A stretch of DNA of 64,000 nt from Rhynchobatus australiae (GCA_034780895.1 JAUZTB010000087.1:62670514-62734513); one strand, 5' to 3'. Positions 25,960-38,984 are shown, counted from the first letter of the stretch. A program made the numbers and translations. Notes: generated by a model from the sequence alone, not told the origin.

Positions 25960-26440
25960 ACCTAAGAATAGTACATCCTGTGTTACGGGAAAAGTCCAGT
26001 CTGCTTCTCATGTCTTGGATAACCACAGATACAGGAAGGATCATCAGCTCTGGGACTTTAACCATCAGCTGAGATCCATCCACAAGCATGAGCATTTTAT
26101 GGATGGCATAGTCTGCAGTTCAAGAAGCTGTCAAACAGAAATAAGAGTATATGCTAACCAGTATTCAGTTCTGAATATTGATGGGGAAGAGGATCCCCCA
26201 GGAAGTGCAACCAGAGTTAAAAGCGCAGTACCAACGTCAAGTTTGTCAATATGAACAAGTACACGTATGCACAGGTGCAATGAAAAACTTACTTGCAGCA
26301 GTATCATAGTATCATGAAATATCATGGATGCTTCAGCTGCACAGTGAGGGAAGAGAAATAGTTTGAGGGACAATATACATCTTCATTCAGAAAGGAGGTC
26401 ATGGTCAAACAGGCTGTCAGCATGGATTTGGTTAAGGGTT
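25960..26440 (+). mobile_element. CR1 ORF1 remnant, with a Rex1 tail inserted at ~26236-26310 (-)
   Basis: ORF 26015-26254: DNHRYRKDHQL resembles the CR1 ORF1 D-HICRKC-QL zinc knuckle; ANQYSVLNIDGEEDPPG resembles NRYSVL--VGGDDLPG. Confidence 0.55.
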
Positions 26441-26719
26441 TTGATATAGGCAGTACCCTCCCGGTTGCCTGCACAGGGCTTCATTCAGGCAGGTCAGAAA
26501 AGTAAAGATCCACTAATTCCAAGTGAGAACAGCAAACTGAATCTCAAAATTGCCTCAGTGGAGGAAGCAAAGAAGAACAGCTGATGGTTGTATACAAGTG
26601 CAGTTGCACAACCCGAGAACCTGGTCTCTCATTTTTAGATGGCTATATTAATAACATAACTTTAGGCATAAAGTGCACATTAAATTAGTTTGAAGATGAG
26701 CAAAAGTTGGTCTTGGCAG

Positions 26720-27375
26720 GGAGCAGTGAAGATTTTGAATTCAGAAGGATTTTGCTGATCTGTTCAGTTGGCCAGAAAAGTGGCAACAGGAATTTAATCT
26801 GGAAAAGTGCAAGGTAACACATTTGGAGAACTGCAACAAGAGTGTATGAAATAGAACAGGAATCAGCCAGTCTCTCATGCCTGCTCCACCAATCAAAAAG
26901 ATCATGGCTCATCTTTTACCTTGGTGTCATTTTCCTGCACTTGCCACATCTCCCCTGAATCACTTTGTAACCAAAAATCTACCAGTCTTGAATATTCAGA
27001 GACTATGCCTTCACAGCCTTCTTCAACATCCAGGTCTCTCTGAACACCAGCGCATTTCAATGTCTCACTATTTAAAATATTCTACTCATCTATTATTTCT
27101 AACATGGATCACCTCACTTTTTCCACAATACATTTCTTTTGGTATCCTATTCACTTACACTGCCTCAATCTCCAATGCTCTTCTGCATTCATCCCAACTA
27201 CCAAGTCAAAGCTTTCTAACCTAAAAATGACCTGGTTTACTCCTATTCTGGTCTTTAACCAATCCACAGTCCATGCCAGTACATTACCAATCTCATCTGC
27301 TCTAATTTTGTTTAATAACCTTGTGTGCATCTTATTGAGAGCCTTCTAACATTCTAAATAGTCCATTGTTCTTGC
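26720..27375. mobile_element. Degraded CR1 fragments in opposite orientations
   Basis: gaatttaatctggaaaagtgcaaggtaacacatttgg (+; FN--KC-V-HFG); cctgctccaccaatcaaaaagatcatggctcatc (- tail). Confidence 0.6.
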
Positions 27376-27394
27376 CTACACAAGTTCCAAGAAC

Positions 27395-27752
27395 CTCATA
27401 TCTATTGGGGTGTAGATAAGGTGGATGGTCATAGTCTTTTCCCCCAGGGTAGAGAAGTCTANNNNNNNNNNNNNNNNNNNNNNNNNNNNNNNNNNNNNNN
27501 NNNNNNNNNNNNNNNNNNNNNNNNNNNNNNNNNNGTTAAAAGGGACCAGAGGGTGGTGAGTATATGTAATAAGCTGCCAGGGGAAGTGGTAGAGGTGGAT
27601 ACAATGTTTAAAAGACATTTAGATAGGTACATGGATAGAAAAGGTTTAGAGGAATATGGGGAAAATGCAGGCAAATGGATAGACACCTTGGTCAGCTTGG
27701 ACGAGATGGGCCAAACAGCCCATTTCCATGCTGTACAATTCTATGACTCTAA
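27395..27752 (+). mobile_element. Relatively young CR1 3' end
   Basis: gataaggtggatggtcatagtctttttccccagggtagag...aaagacatttagataggtacatggatagaaaaggtttagagg...ttccatgctgtacaattctatgactct. Confidence 0.85.
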
Positions 27753-27859
27753 GATCAAGGGCTGAGGTTCCTTTAGTGCTACTCTCTGGACCCCCATATC
27801 TGCCTCAATGACCAACAAGAGGCTCAAAAACTTCTCCACTAGTGTGGGTCTAAATAAAC

Positions 27860-28120
27860 TCAAAGCTCCAAGATAAATCAACGAGATTGATCAGCACTTA
27901 ATATACCCTAAATATTCACCACTGAAGCTGCAGTGCACACAGTCAACAAAATACACTGCAGTTACCAAAGGAAGATCACAACCTGGAAGCCCATTCCAAG
28001 TCATCCATCACCCTTGCATGAGGATATATAATTGTTATTTCAACATCACTCATCTAAATTCAGGAACTCCCCATTCAACATGGCAGAGACACCTTCCCCA
28101 GATGGACTACAGCAATTAAA
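27860..28120 (+). mobile_element. Second CR1-clade LINE family, 3' fragment
   Basis: Similar to 61640-61960 (tccaagtcatccatcacccttg...caggaactccc...gatggactacagc). Confidence 0.55.
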
Positions 28121-30303
28121 GATCTCATTCTATCTTTTTAACCTACTTCGGCCCTCTGATCCCCAGAGATTTTAAAATCTTCTCCTGCACATCCACAATG
28201 ATGACCAGTCTGATGCTATAATTTACAATTACTTCCTTAAACCATTTCATTTTTCCCTTTTTTCTCCTTTAAGATGCATTTCTTAAACAAGCTTTTGGTT
28301 ACCTAGCCTAATCTTTCCAGGTGGGTCAGCATCAACTTTTGTCTGTGATGCTCCTGAGAAGCACTATGGGGTGCTTAACGACATTACTGCCTAAATATGT
28401 TTAAAATGCATCAAATACAAGTTGAGAAAAGCTAACTATTCAATAATGGAAATTTGCCTCAATATAAATTTCAAAAGTCAATGCATCCTGAATTAATATG
28501 TTATGAGTTCAGGAAGATAATTATATATCTGGAGAATCCCAAATCCTATTCCTTCCCTTTCCCAACACACACACACAAAGAGCAGGGAAATCAAAACCAT
28601 AACCAAGTAAGAAAGTTTAGTTGGTGTATGTATTTTCAGGATACTCTATTCCAAAATGTCAAAACATTGAAAAGATTTGCTTGTCATTTGTCAGCTTTTT
28701 CAATTAACTTTATTTGTTTTGTCCTGATTCACCATTTTCCAGCCTGGTAGAGACTAAGCATGTCAACTGCTGCCAGGCCTCTGCCAGTACTTCTCAGACT
28801 GAACACCAAAAGGCATGAAACCATCAACTAATATTGTTTCTCAACCAACACACACCAGCAATTCCCCAACAGACAAACGTGTGTGCATGTGCACACAAAC
28901 ATTGCACAGACTGCCTAAATTTATAAGCTAACTAAAAAAGGAACTTAAAGTCAAGAGTGGGCTTGCAAGTATACAGTACATCTTCATGTTACAGACTGAA
29001 ACAAATTCCTATTCTCTTGCCTTGTCAAGAAAATGGCTAAACACATGCAACTGATTAATAGCCCTGTCTAAAATGGTTTGGGTTGAATCTTAAGCAGTTC
29101 AGCCAAGAATCTTCAATGATATACACGAACAGATCATTCTCTGCAACAAACTTGTACTATCAAGGTAAAAGCGAGGTGATAGTGGTTATCTTCCTCATAA
29201 TAATGCTGGTTACCTGGTCTTCATCAGTTTGACTTCAATTGTAAAAATCTACTTCTTTAAGTTACAGACTAACTATTCATACTGATGCCAAGTGTTTTAA
29301 TTGCAGTTCAATAAATTGAGTCACTGAATCTCTACTTAATTAGATACAATATTAAAACAAAAATCTTGAATGCAATTTACAGTGAGTAAAGGTCATTTCA
29401 GAAAGATCTGGGATAATGCAAGTAATAATGTGGACAAGTCAGCCAACAGTTTTCTGAAACAAAGATCTGTAAATATTTTGTAATACAACATTGTCTCTTA
29501 AGGACACATCGGGAATGGTGGTGTAAAATGCTGGTTTTTAAACTTTAAAAACCAGTGGTTTATTCATATGACTGTTTTCCTTTAAGGAAGAATGTTTACA
29601 TACGTTTATGTGAATTATGATTCTTGTGACAAATGGCTAGGTTGTTTATTTTTAAAGTTAAATATAATTCTTCAAATGCACAGTTAGCTGGATATGAAGC
29701 ATGAACTTTAAATATGCTGTTAGACTTAAAATTAATTGCTGAAATAAAATTTACTAAAAAGATGATGGACATCTCCATATTAATAGACTTCCAATCCCAA
29801 ATTGATTTAGATTCTGGAAAAATCAAAAAGAATAAAAGGTGCCATGTTTAACAAATCAGAATTTGGTATTGCAAAGATCATGAATAGCTGACAATGCTAC
29901 CATAAATTCTGTTCTTTCATTCACTGCATCATTATCTTGCAGACAGACCAGTAAGATAGGACATGCTATGCATACAGATAGAGAAGTAAAATACACTGTC
30001 ATTTTTAAGGATAATTATCACTGTCTTCTGCTCATCTCTCTTGCACCATAAGAATCTGTCATGTGGAATCATTACAGATTATCAAGTTGTAATGAAGCAG
30101 TTAAGCAGTATATTGAAGATGTTGTCAAAAATAACATTAGGTCCACCAAGCACCAGTTAACAGATCACAGTAATCAAAATGACTTAATTATAAGTAAAGG
30201 GATACTTCCAAAATTATTTTTTAATTTAAAAGAAAAATGNNNNNNNNNNNNNNNNNNNNNNNNNNNNNNNNNNNNNNNNNNNNNNNNNNNNNNNNNNNNN
30301 NNN

Positions 30304-30862
30304 TGTGGAGACAGAGGGATAGTCAATGTTTCAGGTCGTGAGGGGAGATAGCCAGTATAAAGATGAAGAGGAGGGTGAGGCAGTAGCTGGTAGGCAATAG
30401 GTGGAGAGGGAGATGATGGGCAGATGAAGCCAGGTAGGGGGAAGGAAGAGTGGAGACAGCAGCAGAGGCTGGAAGGTGATAAATGGAGATAACAAACAGG
30501 TGCAGATTCTGGAATCTGATAAGGAAGGTGATAAGCAGAACCAGGTAAAGGAGGGATGGTGGGCAGATGAAACCAGTTGGGTTTGGGGGAATTGGAAAAG
30601 GGTGGGGGTACATGCTGAGAGAACCCCACTTGGCTCCATCTGCCCATTATCTCCCTCCTCACCTGGTTCCACCTAAATCCTGCCAACTCCTGCCTCCCTT
30701 CTTTATACCGAGTATCTCCCCTCTACACCCTTACTCCTGATGCAGGGTTGAGACCCGAAATGTCAACTGTCCCTCTGCTTCCACAAATGTTGCCAGACCC
30801 ACCGAGCTCCGACAGCAGTTTGTTTTTTTGCTCCAGATTCCAGCATCTGCAGTCTCTTCTGT
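30304..30862. mobile_element. Fold-back, non-autonomous Penelope-derived element with hammerhead-like motif
   Basis: Purine-rich left arm is an imperfect reverse complement of the pyrimidine-rich right arm; right end carries CTGATGCA-GGGT-tgag-ACCC-GAAA-tgTC (30737-30764) and ...ccagcatctgcagtc. Confidence 0.75.
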
Positions 30863-31705
30863 CCCCCCTTATTTCTTGTGTCCAAGTTCCAAAAGAACTT
30901 GGAATTTTGGAAATAATCCTTGCAAACTTCACCTCCCGAAACAAATTGCTCAGTAAGGGTCATGAGACCAAATGTCAGACAGGATGATGTCATTAGAAAA
31001 TAAAGACATCAGTCTTGGAAATGCTTTGTTATATTCCACAGGCTTAAACACAGCAGTGCCAGTACTCAATCCATCCCCACAGATTTCAAAACCAAACTTA
31101 GATTAAGGTGCAAATTTTTAGCATAAATGAAGTTTTAGAAAATCCAGCAAAAATAATTTCTAAGCATTCTCTGCAGACATTAACAGCACTGATCTTCAAT
31201 GAACATTTACTCTCTAAGTGTTTATTTTGCTCCAATATGGATTGGGTCTAACAGACTAAGCCCAAGATCAACACCACAGTGATCTGAGCAACATTGAGAA
31301 ACACCTCATTGAAGTATTTCTTACATAATGAAGTTTAGAAACAGATGTTCAAGTGCATCAGCAGCCTTGGATCTAAACACATTTATTGTACAATTGGAGC
31401 TTTAATTGTTTCAAAAAATATTTTGACAGTGATTAAACAAGTGACCATCTCAGAACAAAGAGATTAATATACCAGGAGCTGCCAACACCAATGCCTCATT
31501 TGGAGGAAATACTCTGCAGCAATGGATTTTGATCATCAAAACTCGTTTGTTTTCAGTGCCACATTGAAGGCTTTCAAACAATAACAACATTACTGCAGAG
31601 CCATGACAATTTTACACTTTGGCATACTAGCCCACTAAAGGAAAGTGCTGACAGGCAGAGTCCAAAGAATCCAAGTGTTACATTGTGAATAAAATTTTTT
31701 TTAAA

Positions 31706-31832
31706 AATCACTGCAGATGCTAGAAATCTGAAGGAAAAAGCAGAAAATGCTAGAAACACTCAGCAGATTAGATAGCATCTGTGTAAGGAGAAACAGAGTT
31801 CATGCTTCGGGTTAAAGATCCTTTGTTGGAAC
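31706..31832 (-). mobile_element. Solo Penelope terminal repeat
   Basis: actgcagatgctagaaatctg...aaatgctagaaacactcagcag...gcatctgtgtaaggagaaacagagtt; same terminus as the end of the GIY-YIG element at 46021-46135. Confidence 0.7.
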
Positions 31833-32229
31833 AGAAGTAAGTGTGCTTTTATTATTTAACAATGCAGTTGATGAATGGGGCTATTCAATTTTAGAAAAAT
31901 GCAAGGGGTTAAAAAACAAAACAGCTAAGTATGCAGGCATGATAAGTTAAATATCTGCTACATGTAACAAATAAAAACTGAAATAATTCCAACCATAACT
32001 TGATTTTCAAGCTGAATCCAGTAAGGCTCCTTCCAAATAACCAGGTCTGTGGCAGCTCAAGTCAATCCAGCTCAGAACTGATGTGCTGGAGCACTTCAAG
32101 AGTCTCTCTGACAAGAGAAGGAATATTTTACTCCACAATCATGTTCCCCATCTTTCTACATGTGAAGACAAGGAGAAAAATGTGGAGGAAATCACAGAAA
32201 CTGGCCTGTCCAGATTTGATTTGAACATA

Positions 32230-32420
32230 TTAGTAATAATTTCCTGGAATAACCCTGTTTTAGAATGAGAGACAAGGCCATCCTAGGTTAGTAATGGGTA
32301 TTTTGATTATTAGTAATAAACAAGGATTAGTTAAACTGACTGCAAAAGAATGTCTTGAAAATAGTAGCCATAATGTGATTGAATACAGTACTAAATTTGG
32401 GAGGGAAAAGTGTCACAAAC
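32230..32420 (+). mobile_element. Old CR1 ORF2 (endonuclease C-terminal) fragment
   Basis: ccatcctaggttagtaatggg...agtagccataatgtgattgaatac (-ILDLV...SDHN-IEF-like). Confidence 0.5.
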
Positions 32421-33319
32421 CCAAGATAGACATCAAAGGGATGACAAAATCAACCGGAGTAAAAGAGGCTGAGCTACTGATAGGCAAATGTATGGACAAA
32501 CTAAGAAGCAAAAGATTTTTACAATACAAACCAATATATTAGCTCTAAAAGGGAAAACCTCTTCTTGCAGGTATGCAATGATGGCCTAACAGCCAGCTGC
32601 AGTAGTTTTAAGCCAAGTGAACTAACCCCAAATCTATATGGTGACACAATCTCCATTTGATTAATCAAAGACCAATTACCTCAGTTCCTGGAGTATTCAC
32701 CTCTGGTGCCATAAATCACTCTCAAAGCTCAGTTCTTTTCTTTCTGAACACTATGACTATATGAACAGCTTCACAAAAATACCTTGCCGTGTTTTGATTT
32801 TAGTTATAAACAGTAAAATACAATCCTTTTGCAAAGTTCACTGTCCAGGTGTTCAGCACTGTAACCACCAAGCACACCAAATGCCAGGGAACAGCAGCAA
32901 TAAACCAAGGCAGAAAGGGTGCATTTGAAATGACAAATTAACATCGCTGATTTATACAAGATTTTTCTCATTTTTAATTTCTGAGAGCCAAAAATAAAAT
33001 GAGAACAGTAAATTAAATCACTTCTTAACTGAAGTTATTTCTGTAGCTGAGGTTGATTCTCAGTGAGANNNNNNNNNACACAAAAAAAAAGGTTTCACAA
33101 TCATCTTGGGCAATAAGTTCATTTTGGTTTAGTCGCTAGTTTTATAACTAACCAAAACTGTTTCTACCTAGACAGCCTTCACCCACCTTTTCAGGGAGAA
33201 CACGTCCACATACTACACCCCCACCAAGGATACTCATAACCTTTCCCTTCAACTTAAAATGATTGCACAATCCCAATCTACCCCACTTCAGCAAGCTCCC
33301 TGTCATATGTCCTGCTTCC

Positions 33320-33514
33320 ACGGCAAAACTGACAGCAGCCAATTAATCTACCAGTCTGCATGCCTTTGGGATGTGGGAAGAAACTGGAGCACCAAGAGGA
33401 AAAACATACATCACAGGGAGAACATGCAAATTACACACAGACAGTACCCAAGTTCAGGATGGAACCCAGGTTGTTGGAGACACAAGGCAGCAACTCTATG
33501 AGCTGCGCCACCCC
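33320..33514 (-). mobile_element. V-SINE 5' half
   Basis: ctttgggatgtgggaagaaactggagcacc...tcacagggagaacatgcaaa...gaacccagg...ggcagcaactctatgagctgcgccacc. Confidence 0.85.
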
Positions 33515-34531
33515 ATGATACAAAGACAAAAATACCCAAAGTGGAGGGGAGAGAAGACTTGCTTTCAGGTAGTGTTTGCAAAAGCCTGAATGTGTAATAC
33601 CCATCATTTCATTCATCTGTCCATTGTTGAGATGAAGAATCGGAGAGTCAAACAAAAACGTGGCTTCACCCTCAGCTGGTTTTGTTGGCAGCTGTAATAT
33701 TCACTGGATACCAGGTCAAACCAATAGAAAAGATATTTGCCATCCTCCAGTGAAACCATCCTTCTGTGAATAACCCATCAAGTAAACCCTTTTGTGAACT
33801 TCATTCTGGTGATAATTTGTTTCTTCTTAATCCAACTTCATTCCTTGCTACAGCTTAGTAACTGATCTTCATCAGCAGAGGCCTGAAAAACTACCATTAC
33901 CTTCCTTCATACTTTCAAAGGTGTTGCAAGATTTTTTTTTCCCAAAACCATTCTTCCTGCCTATTCACCTCTCCTTTGCAACTTGTTTCCCATCTGTTCT
34001 TTGCCTCCTGCTTGCTGTCCATCTTCCTTCTCCTCCCTGTGCAGTATTAGGAGGCTGTTTAAGGCAAATACTGTTACATAAATGTCAGCAACTGTTCTCA
34101 CCCCCACCAGTTTTCTCCTCTGTGGTTGCTGTGCTTGGCTCTAACACTGCATGGTGCACAGCAGCTGCCAATTTCAGCAATAAAAGCAAAGTAGTAAACA
34201 CCAACCTACCTACTCATTCTCTTCTCCACCAGAACGCAGCTTCCTTTCATACATACATTTTCTTTCACCCAATTTGAATGATTTCTATCCTATTTATTCT
34301 CCTGGATGTTTTGATTTAAGATAAACTATGAAGAAAACTTAAGCAGGCAAGGAGAAAGGAAGCACAGTACAAAGAAGCAATTCCAGAACATCCAAGTTTA
34401 ATTATTCCATTACAGGCATCATATACCATATTCAATTGCCTAAGCTCCAGAAGTCTTTAAACTTCCAGCTTTCCTTCATCCTTGAAGGCATTCTTTAAAA
34501 CCTGACATCCAAAGACTACCACCTCCAAATG

Positions 34532-35370
34532 TGACAGCGTTATGGAGTTGTACATCATGGAAACAGTCCCTTTGGCCCAAGTCATCTACGCCAACCAAGA
34601 CGTCTATCTGAGCTAGTCTCATTTGCCCGAAATTGGTTCATATCGCTCTAAACCTTTTCTGTCCATGTACTTGTTGAAATGTTTTTTTTAAACATAGTAA
34701 TTATACCCACCTCTACTGACAGCTCACTCCTTATACCTACCACCCTCTGTGTGAAAAAGTTTCCCTTCAGGACCCTTTTAAATCTTTTTCCTCTCACTTT
34801 AAATCTATGTCCTCTAACTTTAGACTCCCCTATCCTGGGAAAGAGTGTGACCATCTACCTTATCTAAGCCCCTCATAATTCCATACACTTCTACAAGGCT
34901 ATCCGTCAGCCTCCTACACTCCAGGGGAAAGAGCCCCAGTTTATCCTGCTAACTCAAGCCCTCCAGTCCTGATAACATCCTCATGAATCTTTTCTGCACC
35001 CTTTCCAGCCTAATCATATCATTTGTATAGCTGGGCAACCAATACTACAAATATGGTCCCACCAACGAATACAATTGCAATGTGAAGTCCCAACTCATGT
35101 ACTCAAATGTGTTGACCGATGAAGGCAAGAATGCCAAATGCCTTTTTCACAACCCTATACAACTATGTCACCACCTTCAGGTCAAGATCTCTGTTCTACA
35201 GCACTCGCCAGGCCCCTGCGGTGCAAGTCCTGCCCTTGCCAAACTGCAACACCTTGCACTTGTCAGAGTTAAATTCCATCTGCCATTCCTTGGTCCACTT
35301 CCCAGTTCATTTCAATCCAGTTGTAATCTTAGACAACCTTCTTCACTGTCCACAACACCACCAATCTTAA
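34532..35370 (-). mobile_element. Relatively young CR1 3' fragment
   Basis: ORF 34648-34854: LFPRIGESKVRGHRFKVRGKRFKRVLKGNFFTQRVVGI, a typical CR1 ORF2 C-terminus. Confidence 0.9.
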
Positions 35371-36489
35371 CAAGTGAAGTTTGATAAGACATGCCTATTG
35401 ATGCTTTACTACATCGAAATGTATATAAATACAAGTCGTTATGAGGAAGAGGAGAAGAAAGGAGATTAACACAAAAGTATGATGTGCAGGAAAAGGACTT
35501 CGGTCAGAAGATTAAGAGTGTCAAAATACCAAGATCCGTGTGTCCTTCAATTTCTTATAAATTATATACAATTTGAACTTCTCAGATCAAGTTATGGAAC
35601 ATTACTGTAACTGAGTACACATTACATATACATTACATTCAGAGAGCTGGTGACAGATGACATTTAACACTTACACTTTTCTTTGCATTACTGTCAAAGC
35701 ACTTGAATGAACTGTAGTTGGTCATGTCCTTTCCAAGCAGCCCTTAAACTTCAAATCTGCCTTTTTCACCATGTTCAAAATCTTTCTTTGCTCAAAGAAA
35801 TAGTGTTTGGTCAAAGGATATCAACCCTGCAATGTTGTATCAGCAAGCTATTTAATTCACAAGAAAACTCATTAAAATTTTAAGTTTAACTGCTAATGGA
35901 GAATACAAGAACAAAAAAGCATATTATTTTTGCAGTTATTCCACTACAAAATGAACTTCAATAGATGAACATTATGAAAATAATGATTTCACTACAACAT
36001 AGATGTTAAGACATAAACAGAACCTTTTATTTTAACATGCTAGACTGAAATCTTTGGTTCATGGTTTGATTGTTATATTCTTTGCTGACAGCAATTTCAC
36101 TGAATATGGACAGGAGAACAGCTTCCACATTGATCACCATTTACTTTTCCATAAGGCCAGGTGTGTTAGTTGGTAGCATGCTGGTAACTAAATGGTTACT
36201 TCTCCCCCCACCCCCCATAGCCTGGGTGAAGAGGGCGTATGGAGACCCAGCAAGATTGAAAACAAGATCTTGCAAAGAACACAAATAACTGGGAAGTCAG
36301 CAGACCCTTCTCTGGAGGAGGGAGGTATGTATGTCAAAGATTCAATTAATATGCTGCAAAGGTTGAGGTTGGAGGAAGATTGTTGCAGCACTCAAGGTGG
36401 CCCTAACAGAAAGAGCAGCAACAGGATTAAGCTCAAGCAAGATGCATGCCAAACTTTTGTTTAAAAGGGTAAAAGGAAAACTGAAATTC

Positions 36490-36971
36490 AGCTACCATCT
36501 TTTCACAACCTGTGATTGCAAAATGATTTGCAGTCATTGAAGTGCTATTGATGCTTATTCACTGTTGTAAGGTAGGAAATGTGGTGAATTTGTACACACC
36601 AAGCTCTCACAAACAGCAATGTGACAATGATCAGATAATCTATTTTTAANNNNNNNNNNNNNNNNNNNNNNNNNNNNNNNNNNNNNNNNNNNNNNNNNNN
36701 NNNNNNNNNNNNNNNNNNNNNNNNNNNNNNNNNNNNNNNNNNNNNNNNNNNNNNNNNNNNNNNNNNNNNNNNNNNNNNNNNNNNNNNNNNNNNNNNNNNN
36801 NNNNNNNNNNNNNNNNNNNNNNNNNNNNNNNNNNNNNNNNNNNNNNNNNNNNNNNNNNNNNNNNNNNNNNNNNNNNNNNNNNNTACACACCAAGCTCTCA
36901 CAAACAGCAATGTGATAATGATCAGATAATCTATTTTTAAGACCCAAGTGACAGGATAAGTATTGGCCAAG
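36490..36971 (-). mobile_element. Deu-domain SINE (SacSINE1-like) 3' part; contains a gap
   Basis: Minus strand ttggccaatacttatcc...agattatctgatcattatcacattgctgtttgtgagagcttg...tttcctaccttacaacagtg matches the recalled SacSINE1 3' region. Confidence 0.7.
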
Positions 36972-36987
36972 TAGAGATAATCACAGA

Positions 36988-38030
36988 ATTATGGAAAATT
37001 TACAACACAGAGGGAGGCCATTCACCCACTGCGTCTACACCAGTCAAAAAGAGCTACCCAGCCTAATCCCACCTGGTAGCACCAGGTTATTTTATTTTTA
37101 AATTTTATTTACAGTGTGGTAACAGGCCCTTCCGGCCCAATGAATCTGCGCCACCCATTTTAAACCCCAAATTAACCTACCTGTACGTCTTTAGATTGTG
37201 GGAGGAAACCAGAGCACCCAGAGGAAACCCATGCAGACACGAGAGAATGTACAAACTCCTTACAGACAGCGACAGGAGTTGAACCCCGATCGCTGGCGCT
37301 GTAATAGCATTGCGCTAACCGCTATGCTAACCCCGCAGATCAGGGCTCTTCAAAAGTACAAGAAAGCAGTGCTTAAATTTGATGAGGGTTTCTGCCTCTA
37401 CCAGCCATTGAGGCAATGAGTTTCAAACTCCCTACCACCCTTTAGATGAAAATAGTTATTTCCCTATCTCACTTCCAACCCTGCTACCAATTACTTTAAA
37501 TCTATGCCCCTGATTTTTGACTCCCTCTGCTGAATGAAATAAGTTCTTCCAATTTATTCTCTCTAGCCCCCTCACCTGTCTTCACTCAGCTTCCCCCATT
37601 TCAAAGAAAATGTCATTCTCTTCACCCTCTCCAAAGCAATCAACCTTTCCTGTAACAACCACAAATGTACATGGTACTCAAGATGCAACCTAATTATAAT
37701 TCCAGCAAAACCCTGCCTTTGCATTCTTTGCCACCACCAATAAATAGTATCCCATATGCCTCTTTAGCTAGCTAATTGATAATGTTCTGTTACTTTTAAT
37801 GATCTGTAGACAAATGCATCAGGGTATCTCTATCCCACCATACTACTCTATATCCACCCATTTATTATATATTCCCTCAGTTTGTTGCACCTCACTTCTC
37901 TAGACTAAATTTACTTTACCAACCCAACTAATCAGATCACTTTTTTGCAGTCCAAAGATTTCCTACTCACCGTCAGCCACAGTCTACCTAACAAAATTTC
38001 TTTTCTGTGCCCCAACATTTAAATATTTTA
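36988..38030 (-). mobile_element. CR1 3' fragment interrupted by a young V-SINE
   Basis: aaatttacaacacagagggaggccattcaccc tail; ccaattactttaaatctatgcccc; ttcaccctctccaaagcaatc. Confidence 0.7.
37088..37335 (-). mobile_element. Young V-SINE with intact pol III A/B boxes
   Basis: Minus strand GGTTAGCATAGCGGTTAGCGC...GGGGTTCAACTCC, V-domain and A-rich tail; CpGs retained. Confidence 0.9.
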
Positions 38031-38984
38031 CAAAAATAACAGGGAGGTGGGGTGTGGGGGGAAAAGAGAAGAGAAAGAAAAAAAAGCGNNNNNNNNNNNN
38101 NNNNNNNNNNNNNNNNNNNNNNNNNNNNNNNNNNNNNNNNNNNNNNNNNNNNNNNNNNNNNNNNNNNNNNNNNNNNNNNNNNNNNNNNGACCAAGTTCAC
38201 CTCCAGCACATTACAAGGAATCATGAAAGATCCATTTACAACCCTGTGAAAGGACCTAGAAACCTGAACACTTACCAAAGATCACACAACCTAAATAAGT
38301 TACTATCCAAACTGAAGAAATTCCAAATTAACTCATGTCATCTCTGGATGTGACATCTATATGGCAACTGTTTAATTCACATCAACAAATGCAGCTTAAA
38401 ACTACATCCATGTTTCACTTTGCTCAAATATTCTGTGGGCAGTCAATTTTACAATGCATCACTTCTACATGAACAGTTTCTTTGAGTCCTATCAACTATC
38501 AGATTGCAGCTACTTGAGGACCAAATCCTACATTATCATCTCATTCAACAAATGGCTATATTTATCCACTGCCCATTTACAGACCAAAGCCACCCCCAAA
38601 GGAATTAACTGGGTAAAAAGCAAATCTCAGACATGCAATTTATCTAGGTTGTGCTCAGTCTTGGGCTGATATATCTCCTTATATAGAGCACACAGAAAAA
38701 TATGGATTAACTCACTATAGAATTATTTTTCATATGAATGTTACATCTACAAATCACTTCCTCCTGTTGTTAGTGAAAGAGGTGATGATTTCTTGCTACT
38801 AGGCCCTTTAAATATATTATGAATACACATTTCTGAAACATTAGACAATCCTGTCATTTAGTTTCTATATTATAATAAATTTTATAAGCCTTAAGAATGC
38901 CAATGAATGCTAAAGATTAATTTTAGGGCAAAATAGAATTATCCCCATTCCTACAGATTGAGAAAGAAGATCAGTGTGTGCTCA

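Noticed and set aside
30174-30686. Pro/Ser/Leu-rich 170-aa ORF and overlapping ORFs (also 42487-43016)
   Set aside because: They arise from the purine/pyrimidine-biased, stop-poor arms of the Penelope-derived fold-back repeats.
37270-37335. tRNA-like A/B boxes here and at other SINE heads
   Set aside because: They continue directly into V-SINE bodies, so they are SINE pol III promoters rather than tRNA genes.
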